Positions 26,724 to 35,458 of a DNA stretch of 37,190 bases are shown here, in pieces. The notes under the pieces were generated by a model. The model was not told the origin of the DNA and made no database searches. It saw only the letters and a list, made by a program, of their open reading frames with translations. The translations under genes and the position numbers were made by a program. Numbering within the stretch: the stretch's first letter is position 1; every line of letters begins with the position of its first letter. Source of the DNA: a virus (Duplodnaviria; Caudoviricetes). The stretch is taken from positions 1 through 37,190 of IMG/VR virus record IMGVR_UViG_3300048576_000280. One strand, given 5' to 3'.

Positions 26724-28591
26724 CGACCGCCGTCCTGGAAGCCGCGCCGCCTGGCCCCAGTCTCACGGAATGGTGCGGGTGCAACTGCAAGGTCGAGGAG
26801 CGCAAGTTCAACATCAACGCGGTTCCTCTCGACTGCGCTGCCACTTGGAAACTCATAGGCTCCGGACACACGGTCGGCGTGTTCCAGCTTGAGAAACGAC
26901 TTGGCCAGGAATGGGCCCGCAAAGTCCGACCCGAGAACATCAACGAACTGGCAGACCTGCTCAGTCTGCTTCGGCCCGGCTGTCTCGAAAGCGGTATGAC
27001 CGCCGACTACGCCGTGATCAAGGCGGGCAAGAGGCACGCCGAGTATCTGCACCCCGTGCTCAAGCCGATTCTGGAGCCAACTTATGGTTGCCTGGTCTAC
27101 CAGGAGCAGGCCATCCGGATCGCCGTGGAAGTCGCTGGGTTCAGCCTGGCCCAGGCCGACAACTTAAGGAAAGGTATCGGCAAGAAGCTCCCAGAAGTCA
27201 TCGCCAAGCTCAAGAAGGAATTCGTGGACGGCGCTGCGAAGAGAGGCACCGTCAGCCGCCCTGTGGCCGAAGAGATCTTCGGCTGGATCGAAGCTTTTCA
27301 AAGGTATGGCTTTAACAAATCGCACGCCGTCAGCTACGCGATGGTGGCTTACCAGACGGCCTATCTCAAGTGTCATTATCCGGCCGAGTTCTACACCTCG
27401 TACCTGACCTACAGCCATTACAAGGGCGACCAGATGGAGGAGATCTATCGCCTAGTCCAGGACGCCCGGCTGTTCGGAGTGGACGTGCTGCCGCCTGACA
27501 TCCGCAAGGGCAATGCGCACTTCATGATGACCGATGAGGGCATCGTGTTCGGGCTCTCGCACATTCGCGGCGTCGGTGAGTCTGCTCTGGAGAAGATCCT
27601 CGAAATGCAAGTACCTGGCCCGGATGCCCTGTCGCCAGGCGGCGAGGCGATACACTGTGCAGACACGATCAAGGAGCATGTTGCGGAGCAAACGGGTAGG
27701 AGTCTTGCCACCTGGCCCGACTTCCTGGCCGTCGTGCCCGAATTGCACCGCAACGTCGGTGAAGCCCTCATCCGGTCTGGAGCCTGTGATGGCTACGGCC
27801 TGACCCGCCTGCGGATGCTCGCTGAACTGCAGGCAGTTCTGGGCACCAGTACTCGCGATGAAAAAGGCGACAAGGCGGAAGTCCGTGGTCTGACCGAACG
27901 CGAGCGGGAATGGTTCTTCGCGCACCTGGACGAATCCGAGAGTGTGCTGGTTAGCCTGCAAGCCATGATGGCCGACACCGCCGCCGACGCCCGCCCAATC
28001 TCGAAGCTCACTAAACCAGAGATCATTGCCGCAATCGGCCATCTGGATCAGAGCCGCGATACGGCGGAGATGGCCAAGCTCACCCGCAAGGCCCTGGAAG
28101 GTATCCTGCGCGACGGGTTGGGCTACAGCCCTCGTCGTCCGGCCATCAACGGCGGGTCCCGCCGGGCGGCGATCGAGAAGAAGATCGCCGAACTGCAGCA
28201 AGAACGGGAAGACACCGCCAGGGTGAGAGCCGAGGCCGAGAAGCACTACCTGGGCATCGCTCTCTCTTGTTCACCGGCCGACGACGCCGACCCCGAGCAG
28301 GCCACCGCAACGTGCATCGATGTGGCCCGGGCGCCGAACGGCCAGAACCTGCGGATCTGCGCCATCATCGATCTCGTCAGGCACACGAAAACCAAGCGAG
28401 GCAAGAATCCGGGCAGCCCCATGTGTTTTCTCACGCTCTCGGATTCCACCTACAGCATCGACCACGCGGTGGTGTTCCCCGGCGCCTATGACCAGCTCAA
28501 GGCCGTGTGCAAAGAGGATCTCATTGTCCTGGCCACGGGCCAAAAGCGGGACGGCTCGTTCATCATCGAGGACATTCGCGTGCTGATATGA
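26720..28591 (+). CDS. dnaE: DNA polymerase III alpha, C-terminal half (fingers, HhH, OB fold)
   Basis: GVFQLE, LLRPG, PTYGCLVYQEQ, YGFNKSHAVSY, FGLSHIRGVG, MCFLTLSD...VVFP. Confidence 0.93.
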   Translation: MTTAVLEAAPPGPSLTEWCGCNCKVEERKFNINAVPLDCAATWKLIGSGHTVGVFQLEKRLGQEWARKVRPENINELADLLSLLRPGCLESGMTADYAVIKAGKRHAEYLHPVLKPILEPTYGCLVYQEQAIRIAVEVAGFSLAQADNLRKGIGKKLPEVIAKLKKEFVDGAAKRGTVSRPVAEEIFGWIEAFQRYGFNKSHAVSYAMVAYQTAYLKCHYPAEFYTSYLTYSHYKGDQMEEIYRLVQDARLFGVDVLPPDIRKGNAHFMMTDEGIVFGLSHIRGVGESALEKILEMQVPGPDALSPGGEAIHCADTIKEHVAEQTGRSLATWPDFLAVVPELHRNVGEALIRSGACDGYGLTRLRMLAELQAVLGTSTRDEKGDKAEVRGLTEREREWFFAHLDESESVLVSLQAMMADTAADARPISKLTKPEIIAAIGHLDQSRDTAEMAKLTRKALEGILRDGLGYSPRRPAINGGSRRAAIEKKIAELQQEREDTARVRAEAEKHYLGIALSCSPADDADPEQATATCIDVARAPNGQNLRICAIIDLVRHTKTKRGKNPGSPMCFLTLSDSTYSIDHAVVFPGAYDQLKAVCKEDLIVLATGQKRDGSFIIEDIRVLI

Positions 28592-28624
28592 CCAAGAACA
28601 GCCGCTCGCTGGTATTTACTTATG
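28592..28624 (+). promoter_or_regulatory. conserved bipartite promoter-like motif, copy 5
   Basis: CCAAGA-N13-GGTATTTACTTATG upstream of ssb. Confidence 0.65.
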
Positions 28625-28658
28625 GCGGGTCGAATCCCGCAGGGAGGAAGTTGAAAGC

Positions 28659-29228
28659 ATGTTTACGTTAAACGGTTTGTGTGCGGTCGGTCGCGGCTAT
28701 GTGGCCAACGACATCGAACTGCGGTATCTGAACGGTGGCAACAAGCGCGCGGTAGTGGAAGTGCCGGTCTCGTTCCAGCGGTTCTACAAGAACAGTCAGA
28801 ACGAGTACGTCCGCAACTCGCATTTCGTGCCCTGCGTGTTCTACGGCAACCAGGCCGAGCGACTCGCCAATGCGGCCAGCAAGGGGACCATGATCCTCGT
28901 GACCGGCTACGTCGAGCAGGAGTCCTTTACGATCAAGGGCACCGACAAGAAGGCCTCCCGTCATCGGCTGGTCGTGGAGGATTTCAGTCTCTGCGAGAAT
29001 CCCACCAACGGAAAAGCGAACGGCAATGGCAACAAGGCCGATGGTAAATCCCAGCCTGCCAATGCCGAGCAACAGCAGGGCCAGGATCAGGCTCAGGACC
29101 AGGAATCGCAGGCGCCGCCGGTGAACAAGCCAAAGAATGCCGCCGCGGCCGCCAAGCCCGAGCCTCAGTCTGAGCCGGCGCAGAATGACGACGGCACCAC
29201 CGAAGAAACACCGGATCTGCCTTTCTAA
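28659..29228 (+). CDS. ssb: single-stranded DNA-binding protein
   Basis: OB-fold pattern (DIELRY, FVPCVFYGNQAE, KGTMILVTG), low-complexity linker, acidic tip PDLPF; GGAGG RBS. Confidence 0.9.
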   Translation: MFTLNGLCAVGRGYVANDIELRYLNGGNKRAVVEVPVSFQRFYKNSQNEYVRNSHFVPCVFYGNQAERLANAASKGTMILVTGYVEQESFTIKGTDKKASRHRLVVEDFSLCENPTNGKANGNGNKADGKSQPANAEQQQGQDQAQDQESQAPPVNKPKNAAAAAKPEPQSEPAQNDDGTTEETPDLPF

Positions 29229-29629
29229 TGACCCACATGGCTGAGCCGCATCGGCTGGAACTGTTTATCGAGAGTCTGTCACGCCGGATCGCAGGGCTCC
29301 ATCGCGACTCGTATGTCCGTGCGGATGACCTGGCCCAAGAGGGCCGGATTGCCCTGCTCAAGGCCGAACGAAACTGGCAACCCCATCGTGGTGCGTTCCA
29401 GACGTACGCCAGAGCGGTGATCCGCCGGGAGATGCGTGCCGCGGCACTCGGTGGCAAGGGCGCTTTGAGTGGGCCGGTCCAAACCAAGCGGGTTGGGATA
29501 CGGGCGAGAAGAATGCGACATGAAGGCACGCCCGACACAGAGATTGCAGAGGCATTGGGCCTGCCGGTTGCGGCAGTGGCTCCCGTGATCCAACTGGTCA
29601 GCCCTGGGTGTAGTGAGAGGATCGAATGA
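29228..29629 (+). CDS. short sigma-70-like factor (region 2 plus one HTH)
   Basis: DDLAQEGRIALLKAERNWQPHRGAFQTYARAVIRREM; PDTEIAEALGL. Confidence 0.78.
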   Translation: MTHMAEPHRLELFIESLSRRIAGLHRDSYVRADDLAQEGRIALLKAERNWQPHRGAFQTYARAVIRREMRAAALGGKGALSGPVQTKRVGIRARRMRHEGTPDTEIAEALGLPVAAVAPVIQLVSPGCSERIE

Positions 29630-31320
29630 GCAAGCGAAGAGTGCTGTTTGTGGGCGAGGCCAGCTACCTGGCCACCGGGTTTGCCACCTACTGGAACGAG
29701 GTGATCCGGCGGATTCACGCGCGTGGCGAGTTCGAGGTAGCGGAGTTCGGTTCCTATGCCAGCGACGGCGATCCCAGGAACGGCCAGGTGCCGTGGCGGT
29801 TCTACCCCAACGCTCCCGAGTCATCCAACCAGGAAGCCATGCAGGTCTACATGTCACGGCCGGCCAACCAGTTTGGCGAATGGCGGATGAATGACGTCCT
29901 GATGGATTTCAAGCCGGACATCGTGTGCGGCATCCGCGACTGGTGGATGGATGAATTCATCCTGCGTAGTCCGTTCCGCAAGAATTTCACTTTCGTGTGG
30001 ATGCCGACGGTGGACGGCGCTCCCCAGCGGGACCAATGGATCGACTCGTACCGCCAGTGCGACTACGTGCTTACGTATTCCCAGTACGGCATGGAGCTGC
30101 TCAAGCAGGCGGGTGGCATCCAGACAGTGGCGGTCGCTTCGCCCGGCGCTGAGATCGATCTCTTCCGGCCGGTCCCGGACAAAGCCGAGCACAAGCGACG
30201 GATCGGACTGGACCCCAACAGCTTCATCGTCGGCACGGTCATGCGAAACCAGAAGCGAAAGCTGTACGTGGACCTGTGCGAAGCGTTCGCGGCCTGGCTG
30301 GAACGTATGAAGAAGGCCGGGCGGCATGACCTCGTCCGCAGGACGTACCTGTATCTGCACACGTCCTGGCCGGATGTCGGCTACGACATCGGCAAAGCTC
30401 TGCGGACGTTTAAAATCGGGAACAAGGTCTTACTGACGTACACCTGCGGGACGTGCGGGGTGGCTTACCCCTCGTTCTGGATGGGTGAGTGGACCACCTG
30501 CCGCCACTGCAAACGGGGAAACGCCCATCCACCGAACGCAAATCACTCTCTGCCCCGGCCTTCACTGGCCCAGGTGATGAACACGTTCGACTTGTACGTG
30601 CAATACTCGATCTGCGAAGGTTGGGGAATGCCCGTGACGGAGGCGATGGCCTGCGGCGTCCCGGCTCTGGTCGTGAACTACTCGGCGATGGAAGACCACG
30701 CCAAGATGCCCGGCGGCTTCCCCATCAACGTGCAGAGATACTTCTATGAGTGCGTCATCGAAACTGAACAGCGGCGAGCCCTGCCGGACAACGACCACTT
30801 TGGGGAGCTTCTCACCCGCTTCCTGAAAATGAAGCCGGAGGAATATCGCAATCTGTGTCGCCGCACCCGCGAATACATCGAGGCGCCTGCTGAGGTGTGG
30901 GGCCAGTCAGAACAACTGCCACGCTTTTCTTACGACCGGACCGCCGCCATCTGGACCAATGTCCTGAGGACCTGCCAGGTCCACGAGCGAGCGGAGACAT
31001 GGGACCACCCGGCGCCGAGAGTCACTTCGCCGGACCTGCGGCTTCCCCGGCCGGACATGACCAACACGGAGTTTGTCCGCTGGGCGGTCTGTTCCGTCCT
31101 GCGCCGAGCTGATCTGGCGGACTCATTCATGGCCAACGAGTGGATCAAAGCCCTGCATTGCGGATTCCGCATCGAGGGCAACCAGCGGATACCGGTTGAT
31201 CGTAACGGCCTGGTCCAGCTCTTCCTGAACATCGTGAATGAAACAAACCAGGTCGAGACCCAACGAGTCGCACGCTTGGGCGGGGTCAATGGTAACCAGT
31301 TCAGTATCGCGGTTGCGTAG
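29626..31320 (+). CDS. GT4-like glycosyltransferase with internal CxxC...CxxC insertion
   Basis: RVLFVGEASYLATGF, VGTVMRNQKRK, YVQYSICEGWGMPVTEAMACG. Confidence 0.88.
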   Translation: MSKRRVLFVGEASYLATGFATYWNEVIRRIHARGEFEVAEFGSYASDGDPRNGQVPWRFYPNAPESSNQEAMQVYMSRPANQFGEWRMNDVLMDFKPDIVCGIRDWWMDEFILRSPFRKNFTFVWMPTVDGAPQRDQWIDSYRQCDYVLTYSQYGMELLKQAGGIQTVAVASPGAEIDLFRPVPDKAEHKRRIGLDPNSFIVGTVMRNQKRKLYVDLCEAFAAWLERMKKAGRHDLVRRTYLYLHTSWPDVGYDIGKALRTFKIGNKVLLTYTCGTCGVAYPSFWMGEWTTCRHCKRGNAHPPNANHSLPRPSLAQVMNTFDLYVQYSICEGWGMPVTEAMACGVPALVVNYSAMEDHAKMPGGFPINVQRYFYECVIETEQRRALPDNDHFGELLTRFLKMKPEEYRNLCRRTREYIEAPAEVWGQSEQLPRFSYDRTAAIWTNVLRTCQVHERAETWDHPAPRVTSPDLRLPRPDMTNTEFVRWAVCSVLRRADLADSFMANEWIKALHCGFRIEGNQRIPVDRNGLVQLFLNIVNETNQVETQRVARLGGVNGNQFSIAVA

Positions 31321-31335
31321 ACCGGGGGTTAGGTG

Positions 31336-32511
31336 ATGAAGGTACTGTGTGCATCGGTGTTCAAGGACGGCACGGGTTATGCCCATGCAGCCATCGAACT
31401 GGCTCTGGCCGCTGAACAGGCCGGGCTTGACGTAGTGTGTCGATCCATCGCGCTGTCCCCCAGGCACGAGGAGGCCGCACAAGCGATTGCCCATCTGGAA
31501 ACAAAGGATCTCCAGGACGTCGACACGGTCATCCAGTACTGCCTGCCCCACACGTTCGAGTACCGGGGCGGCGTCAAGAACATCGGCATGTTCACCTGGG
31601 AAACGACGCACTTCCGGCGATCGTCCTGGGCGAGCAGCTGCAACCTGATGGACGAGATCTGGGTGCCTTCCCGCCAAGCCAAGGCGGGGTGCGTCAATAG
31701 CGGCGTCAAGGTTCCCATCCGGGTGATTCCCCAGGCGTGCGACACCACCAAGTTTGCCCGGCCTCTTCCACCGCTGTCGCATCCCATGTTGAGCGGCAAG
31801 ACCGTGTTCTACATGATCGGCGAACACGTCCGTCGCAAGAACATCGTTGGTCTACTGCGAGCTTACTATGCCACGTTCAGCAACCGGGACGACGTGGCCT
31901 TGCTCATCAAGACCAGCGTACCGGGCATGAATACTCAGCAGGCCCTCAATTACGTGCGAGGCATGTGCGAGGATGTCCGGCGGTCCATGCACCTCTATCC
32001 CGACTCCCGCAGCTACCCGCCGGTCCTGGTCATCACCGACTACCTGAGCGAAGAAGCAATTCATCGCATTCACCAGGCTGGCCACTGCTTCGTCCTGCCG
32101 TCGCACGGTGAATCGTGGTGCATCCCGGCCCATGACGCCATGCTCTGCGGGAATCCCGTTATCGCTTCGCGTTGGGGAAGCTTCCCCGACCTGATGGCGC
32201 AGCACGCAAGCTGGGACAGCGAAAGCCAGACCTTTGAATGCCCGGACGAGGTGTTGGGGGGGCACCTCGTCTCGGGCCACCTTACGCCCTGTTTCTCGCC
32301 GGACGGAGGATTCCCCGACCTGTACACCGGAGACGAACGGTGGTTCGAGCCAGACCTCGATCACCTGGGAGTGCTGATGCAGAGTGTCCACCTCACTCGG
32401 CGGGCCGAGCCTCTGTGCTGGGCAGACAAACGGCGGGACGCACAAGCTCGGGCTCAAGAGTTCTCCCGCGAGGCCGTCGGGCAGATCATCCGCAAGGCAC
32501 TGGAGGAATAA
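31336..32511 (+). CDS. GT4-like glycosyltransferase
   Basis: GTGYAHAA, FTWET, DEIWVPS, IGEHVRRKN, FVLPSHGESWCIPAHDAM. Confidence 0.88.
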   Translation: MKVLCASVFKDGTGYAHAAIELALAAEQAGLDVVCRSIALSPRHEEAAQAIAHLETKDLQDVDTVIQYCLPHTFEYRGGVKNIGMFTWETTHFRRSSWASSCNLMDEIWVPSRQAKAGCVNSGVKVPIRVIPQACDTTKFARPLPPLSHPMLSGKTVFYMIGEHVRRKNIVGLLRAYYATFSNRDDVALLIKTSVPGMNTQQALNYVRGMCEDVRRSMHLYPDSRSYPPVLVITDYLSEEAIHRIHQAGHCFVLPSHGESWCIPAHDAMLCGNPVIASRWGSFPDLMAQHASWDSESQTFECPDEVLGGHLVSGHLTPCFSPDGGFPDLYTGDERWFEPDLDHLGVLMQSVHLTRRAEPLCWADKRRDAQARAQEFSREAVGQIIRKALEE

Positions 32512-33509
32512 TGCCGACGCCATTCTCGACCATCCTGCGAGGCGTGAACCGCAAACCCGGCGGTCCGTTCCGCATCCTCTGCATGGATACGCACGAAGCG
32601 TATCAAACCATGCTGGCCAAGACCGGGCACGAGTTCTACGCCCTGCAGCATCCCGGCATGAAACAGTGGGACCTGCGGTTCCGAAACTGCCCAGAGAACT
32701 ACTACCCTCTGCGAGGCGAAGACCCGCAGGCCCAAATCCGCCCGGACATGGTGTTCGATATCGTGCTGAGCCAGAACAAATTCGGCCAGTATCAAGTCCT
32801 CAGCCAGATCGCTCGCGGGCTCAATTGCCCGCTGGTGAGCCTGGAGCACACGCTGCCCCATCCAAGCTGGAACGAGGAGGCGATCGCCAAGCATCGCGAG
32901 ATGTGGGGCGAGGTGAACGTGTTCATTTCGGAGTACTCGCTGGACGCCTGGCGCATCGCACTCGACAGTTCGGTCCGGGTCGTCCATCACGGGATCGACA
33001 CGGACTGGTTCGAGGGTTGGCGCGGTGGTGATGGCAGAGTTCTTACCGTCGTCAACGGTTATCCCCAGCGGGACTGGTGCTGCGGCTTCCAGCTGTATCA
33101 GCAGGTGACGAGAGGATTGCCGGTCAACCCCTGGGGCGACGCGCCAGGGTTCTCGCAACCGGCCCAGAACGAGTACCACCTCCGAAACCTGTACCGTCAG
33201 GCCGGCGTGTTCCTGAACACAAGCCTGGTCTCCCCGGTGCCAACAACTCTCCTGGAAGCAATGGCGGTTGGGTGCCCGGTGGTGACCACCGCGACCTGCA
33301 TGATTCCGCAGATCGTGGAGGACGGTGTCAACGGGTTCGTGTCGAACGATCCGGCGGTTTTGCGGCACCGGCTCGAACTCATCCTGCGGGATGAGCAGCT
33401 GGCCCGCCGGCTGGGAGAGGCAGCGAGGTGGACCATCCAAGACCGGTTCAGCCAAGCGTCTTTCGTGTCGCAGTGGAACGAGGTCTTCGAGGAGGCAGTG
33501 CAAGGATGA
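32511..33509 (+). CDS. GT4-like glycosyltransferase
   Basis: GGAGG RBS; HHGIDTDWF, FLNTSLVSPVPTTLLEAMAVGCPVV, EDGVNGF. Confidence 0.88.
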   Translation: MPTPFSTILRGVNRKPGGPFRILCMDTHEAYQTMLAKTGHEFYALQHPGMKQWDLRFRNCPENYYPLRGEDPQAQIRPDMVFDIVLSQNKFGQYQVLSQIARGLNCPLVSLEHTLPHPSWNEEAIAKHREMWGEVNVFISEYSLDAWRIALDSSVRVVHHGIDTDWFEGWRGGDGRVLTVVNGYPQRDWCCGFQLYQQVTRGLPVNPWGDAPGFSQPAQNEYHLRNLYRQAGVFLNTSLVSPVPTTLLEAMAVGCPVVTTATCMIPQIVEDGVNGFVSNDPAVLRHRLELILRDEQLARRLGEAARWTIQDRFSQASFVSQWNEVFEEAVQG

Positions 33510-33994
33510 GACTCAATCTCGGATGCGGCGGAGATGTCCGTAAAGGCTACGTGAATATCGATCTGGCGGCGAGCCCCACGTTCCCGCCGGATCTTTTCCG
33601 CCAGGGCGACGTGGGCTCGCTGGACTGGGTGTGCCCGGAGGGCGGAGCCGAAGAGATCCTGGCCTTGGACGTGATCCGGTTCCTGCCCTGGACACACCTG
33701 GACCACGTTATCAACGGATGGATCTCGCGGCTGGCACCGGCGGGCACGATCAAGATCCTGACGCCGGACCTGCATCAGATTGCTCAGCGGATCGCCAACG
33801 ATCTGATCGATCTACCGACCGCGCAGCGGCTCCTGTTCGGCGAGCAGCGGCACGCGGGCGAGTCGTGCCGCTCGGCGATCGACGCCCATGCTCTGTGCCA
33901 GGGACTGATCGGGGCGGGTATGACCATCGCGGTCAAGAGGTATGACAACGGCATGTTCTACGTCGAGGCCATCAAAGGGGGACGCAATGTTTAG
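33506..33994 (+). CDS. class I SAM-dependent methyltransferase
   Basis: MRLNLGCG...GYVNIDL, LAPAGTIKILTPD. Confidence 0.85.
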   Translation: MRLNLGCGGDVRKGYVNIDLAASPTFPPDLFRQGDVGSLDWVCPEGGAEEILALDVIRFLPWTHLDHVINGWISRLAPAGTIKILTPDLHQIAQRIANDLIDLPTAQRLLFGEQRHAGESCRSAIDAHALCQGLIGAGMTIAVKRYDNGMFYVEAIKGGRNV

Positions 33995-34724
33995 CACGCC
34001 ATGTTCGCTTTGCGAGTTCGTACGGACAGACCCGCCCGGCTGCGAGGCGGGCCAGTTCTGCGTAGGCGACGACAGGGGGTGTGGTACACCCGGTTTCTGC
34101 CGACTGTTCGGCCGAGCCACATCGGAAAAGGCACAGGAACCCATCGAGAGCCGCATTCAGCGGGCCAGGGAGCGGTCATCCCTCAAGTTCGACCTGGTCA
34201 TCCTGTTCGATGAACGGTACCACACCGGCGAGGAACTGCGGAAATCGGTTACCCAGCGATATCCGCATTGCGAGAAGATGATCGTCATTGACACGACGGG
34301 AAACGGGAGACGCACGGGTGTCGCCCGCAAAGTGCTGGCCGAGGAAGGCGTGCAGCGTCCGTACAACCTGGAGTGCCTCGTCGACAGCGAGCAGACCCCC
34401 TTGGCCACAGTCGACTGGGCGCAGCGGCTCATCGAGGCTCCATATTTCCTGGTCCTGGCCGCGGGCCGGATCATCCATGACATCGGCGAGTGGGCCACCC
34501 ACCTCCTGGCCACCGACAGCCGCGTGATCCACTGGTACTTCCCGATTGCACTGGGGGGCAGCCTTTTCCTCCAGCCCACAGGGGTCAATGGGGCATGGAT
34601 CACTGCCGCATACCGTCAGATGGGCGGCAGCGCGACCCGGTCCATCTTCGAGAAAATGGCTGACGAGGAAACCCAGCGACTTTGCGGCCTCAGCTGGTTG
34701 ATCGATGGAGCTACTCTGGAATGA
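33987..34724 (+). CDS. hypothetical protein, Cys-rich N-terminus plus possible degenerate GT-A-like domain
   Basis: CSLC..C..C..C..C; FDLVILF...MIVID...PYFLVLAAG; lies within the GT cluster. Confidence 0.6.
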   Translation: MFSTPCSLCEFVRTDPPGCEAGQFCVGDDRGCGTPGFCRLFGRATSEKAQEPIESRIQRARERSSLKFDLVILFDERYHTGEELRKSVTQRYPHCEKMIVIDTTGNGRRTGVARKVLAEEGVQRPYNLECLVDSEQTPLATVDWAQRLIEAPYFLVLAAGRIIHDIGEWATHLLATDSRVIHWYFPIALGGSLFLQPTGVNGAWITAAYRQMGGSATRSIFEKMADEETQRLCGLSWLIDGATLE

Positions 34725-35458
34725 GCGAGCAGGTCACGGTCATCATTCCTGCCTGGAACGCCACCCGGTTCCTGCGTCGAGCGATCGAGTCGGCCGTCGA
34801 CCAGACTCGCCAGCCGGAGATGATCGTCGTTGTCGACGACGGCAGCACCGACGGAACATTCGAGATGGCGACTGGGTTAGGGGGCGGGATGGGCGACGTC
34901 GGTCCCGGCTTGCTGATGGGCACCATTAAGAGCGTGCGGTACGCCGTGATCCGCAAGCCGCACGTGAACCTTCCCAACACTCGCAACGTCGGCATGCGGT
35001 TTGCGATGGATCTCACCAGCGTGTTCGGGTTCCTGGACGCGGATGACTGGTATGCCCCCAAGAAGATCCAGCGAAGCCTGGAGGCGTTCGCCCTGACCCC
35101 GCAGATCGAGTGCGTGGTCAGTGACTACGACGACGTTCTGCCCGACGGGAAAGCCATCCGACGATACAAGTCGCCCTTCGAGGCCAACCGGCTGATGATG
35201 TCCTGCCTCCACAACATCAACTGTTTCGTTCGCCGGGACGCCTTGGCGGTCGCCGGGTTGTTCGACGAGTCGCTGAGCTACTGCGAGGACTATGACCTGT
35301 TCCTGCGACTGTCTGAGATCGGCTTGATCTACCACATTCCCGAGGTTCTGCACCATCGCTCCGAGCACGGGACCAACATGAGCGGCAATCTCGACGAGAT
35401 GTTTCGCCACGAGGCGATGGTCAAGCAAAAGGCCGCTCAGCGAAGGGGTGCCGCGTGA
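34721..35458 (+). CDS. GT2-family glycosyltransferase
   Basis: VTVIIPAWN, VVDDGSTDG, RNVG, FLDADD, EDYDLFLRL. Confidence 0.93.
   Translation: MSEQVTVIIPAWNATRFLRRAIESAVDQTRQPEMIVVVDDGSTDGTFEMATGLGGGMGDVGPGLLMGTIKSVRYAVIRKPHVNLPNTRNVGMRFAMDLTSVFGFLDADDWYAPKKIQRSLEAFALTPQIECVVSDYDDVLPDGKAIRRYKSPFEANRLMMSCLHNINCFVRRDALAVAGLFDESLSYCEDYDLFLRLSEIGLIYHIPEVLHHRSEHGTNMSGNLDEMFRHEAMVKQKAAQRRGAA

Noticed and set aside
9514-28591. Inteins or introns in RNR, RecA, DnaB or DnaE
   Set aside because: No C/S...HN-C/S/T splice motifs or homing endonuclease motifs; RNR, RecA and DnaB have normal lengths
28625-28640. tRNA gene
   Set aside because: Only a T-arm-like hairpin with a 6-nt loop; no acceptor stem, D arm or anticodon arm
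29060-29190. CAG-rich quasi-repeats in ssb (similar Pro/Glu repeats at about 36180-36270)
   Set aside because: They encode ordinary low-complexity linkers and are not an array
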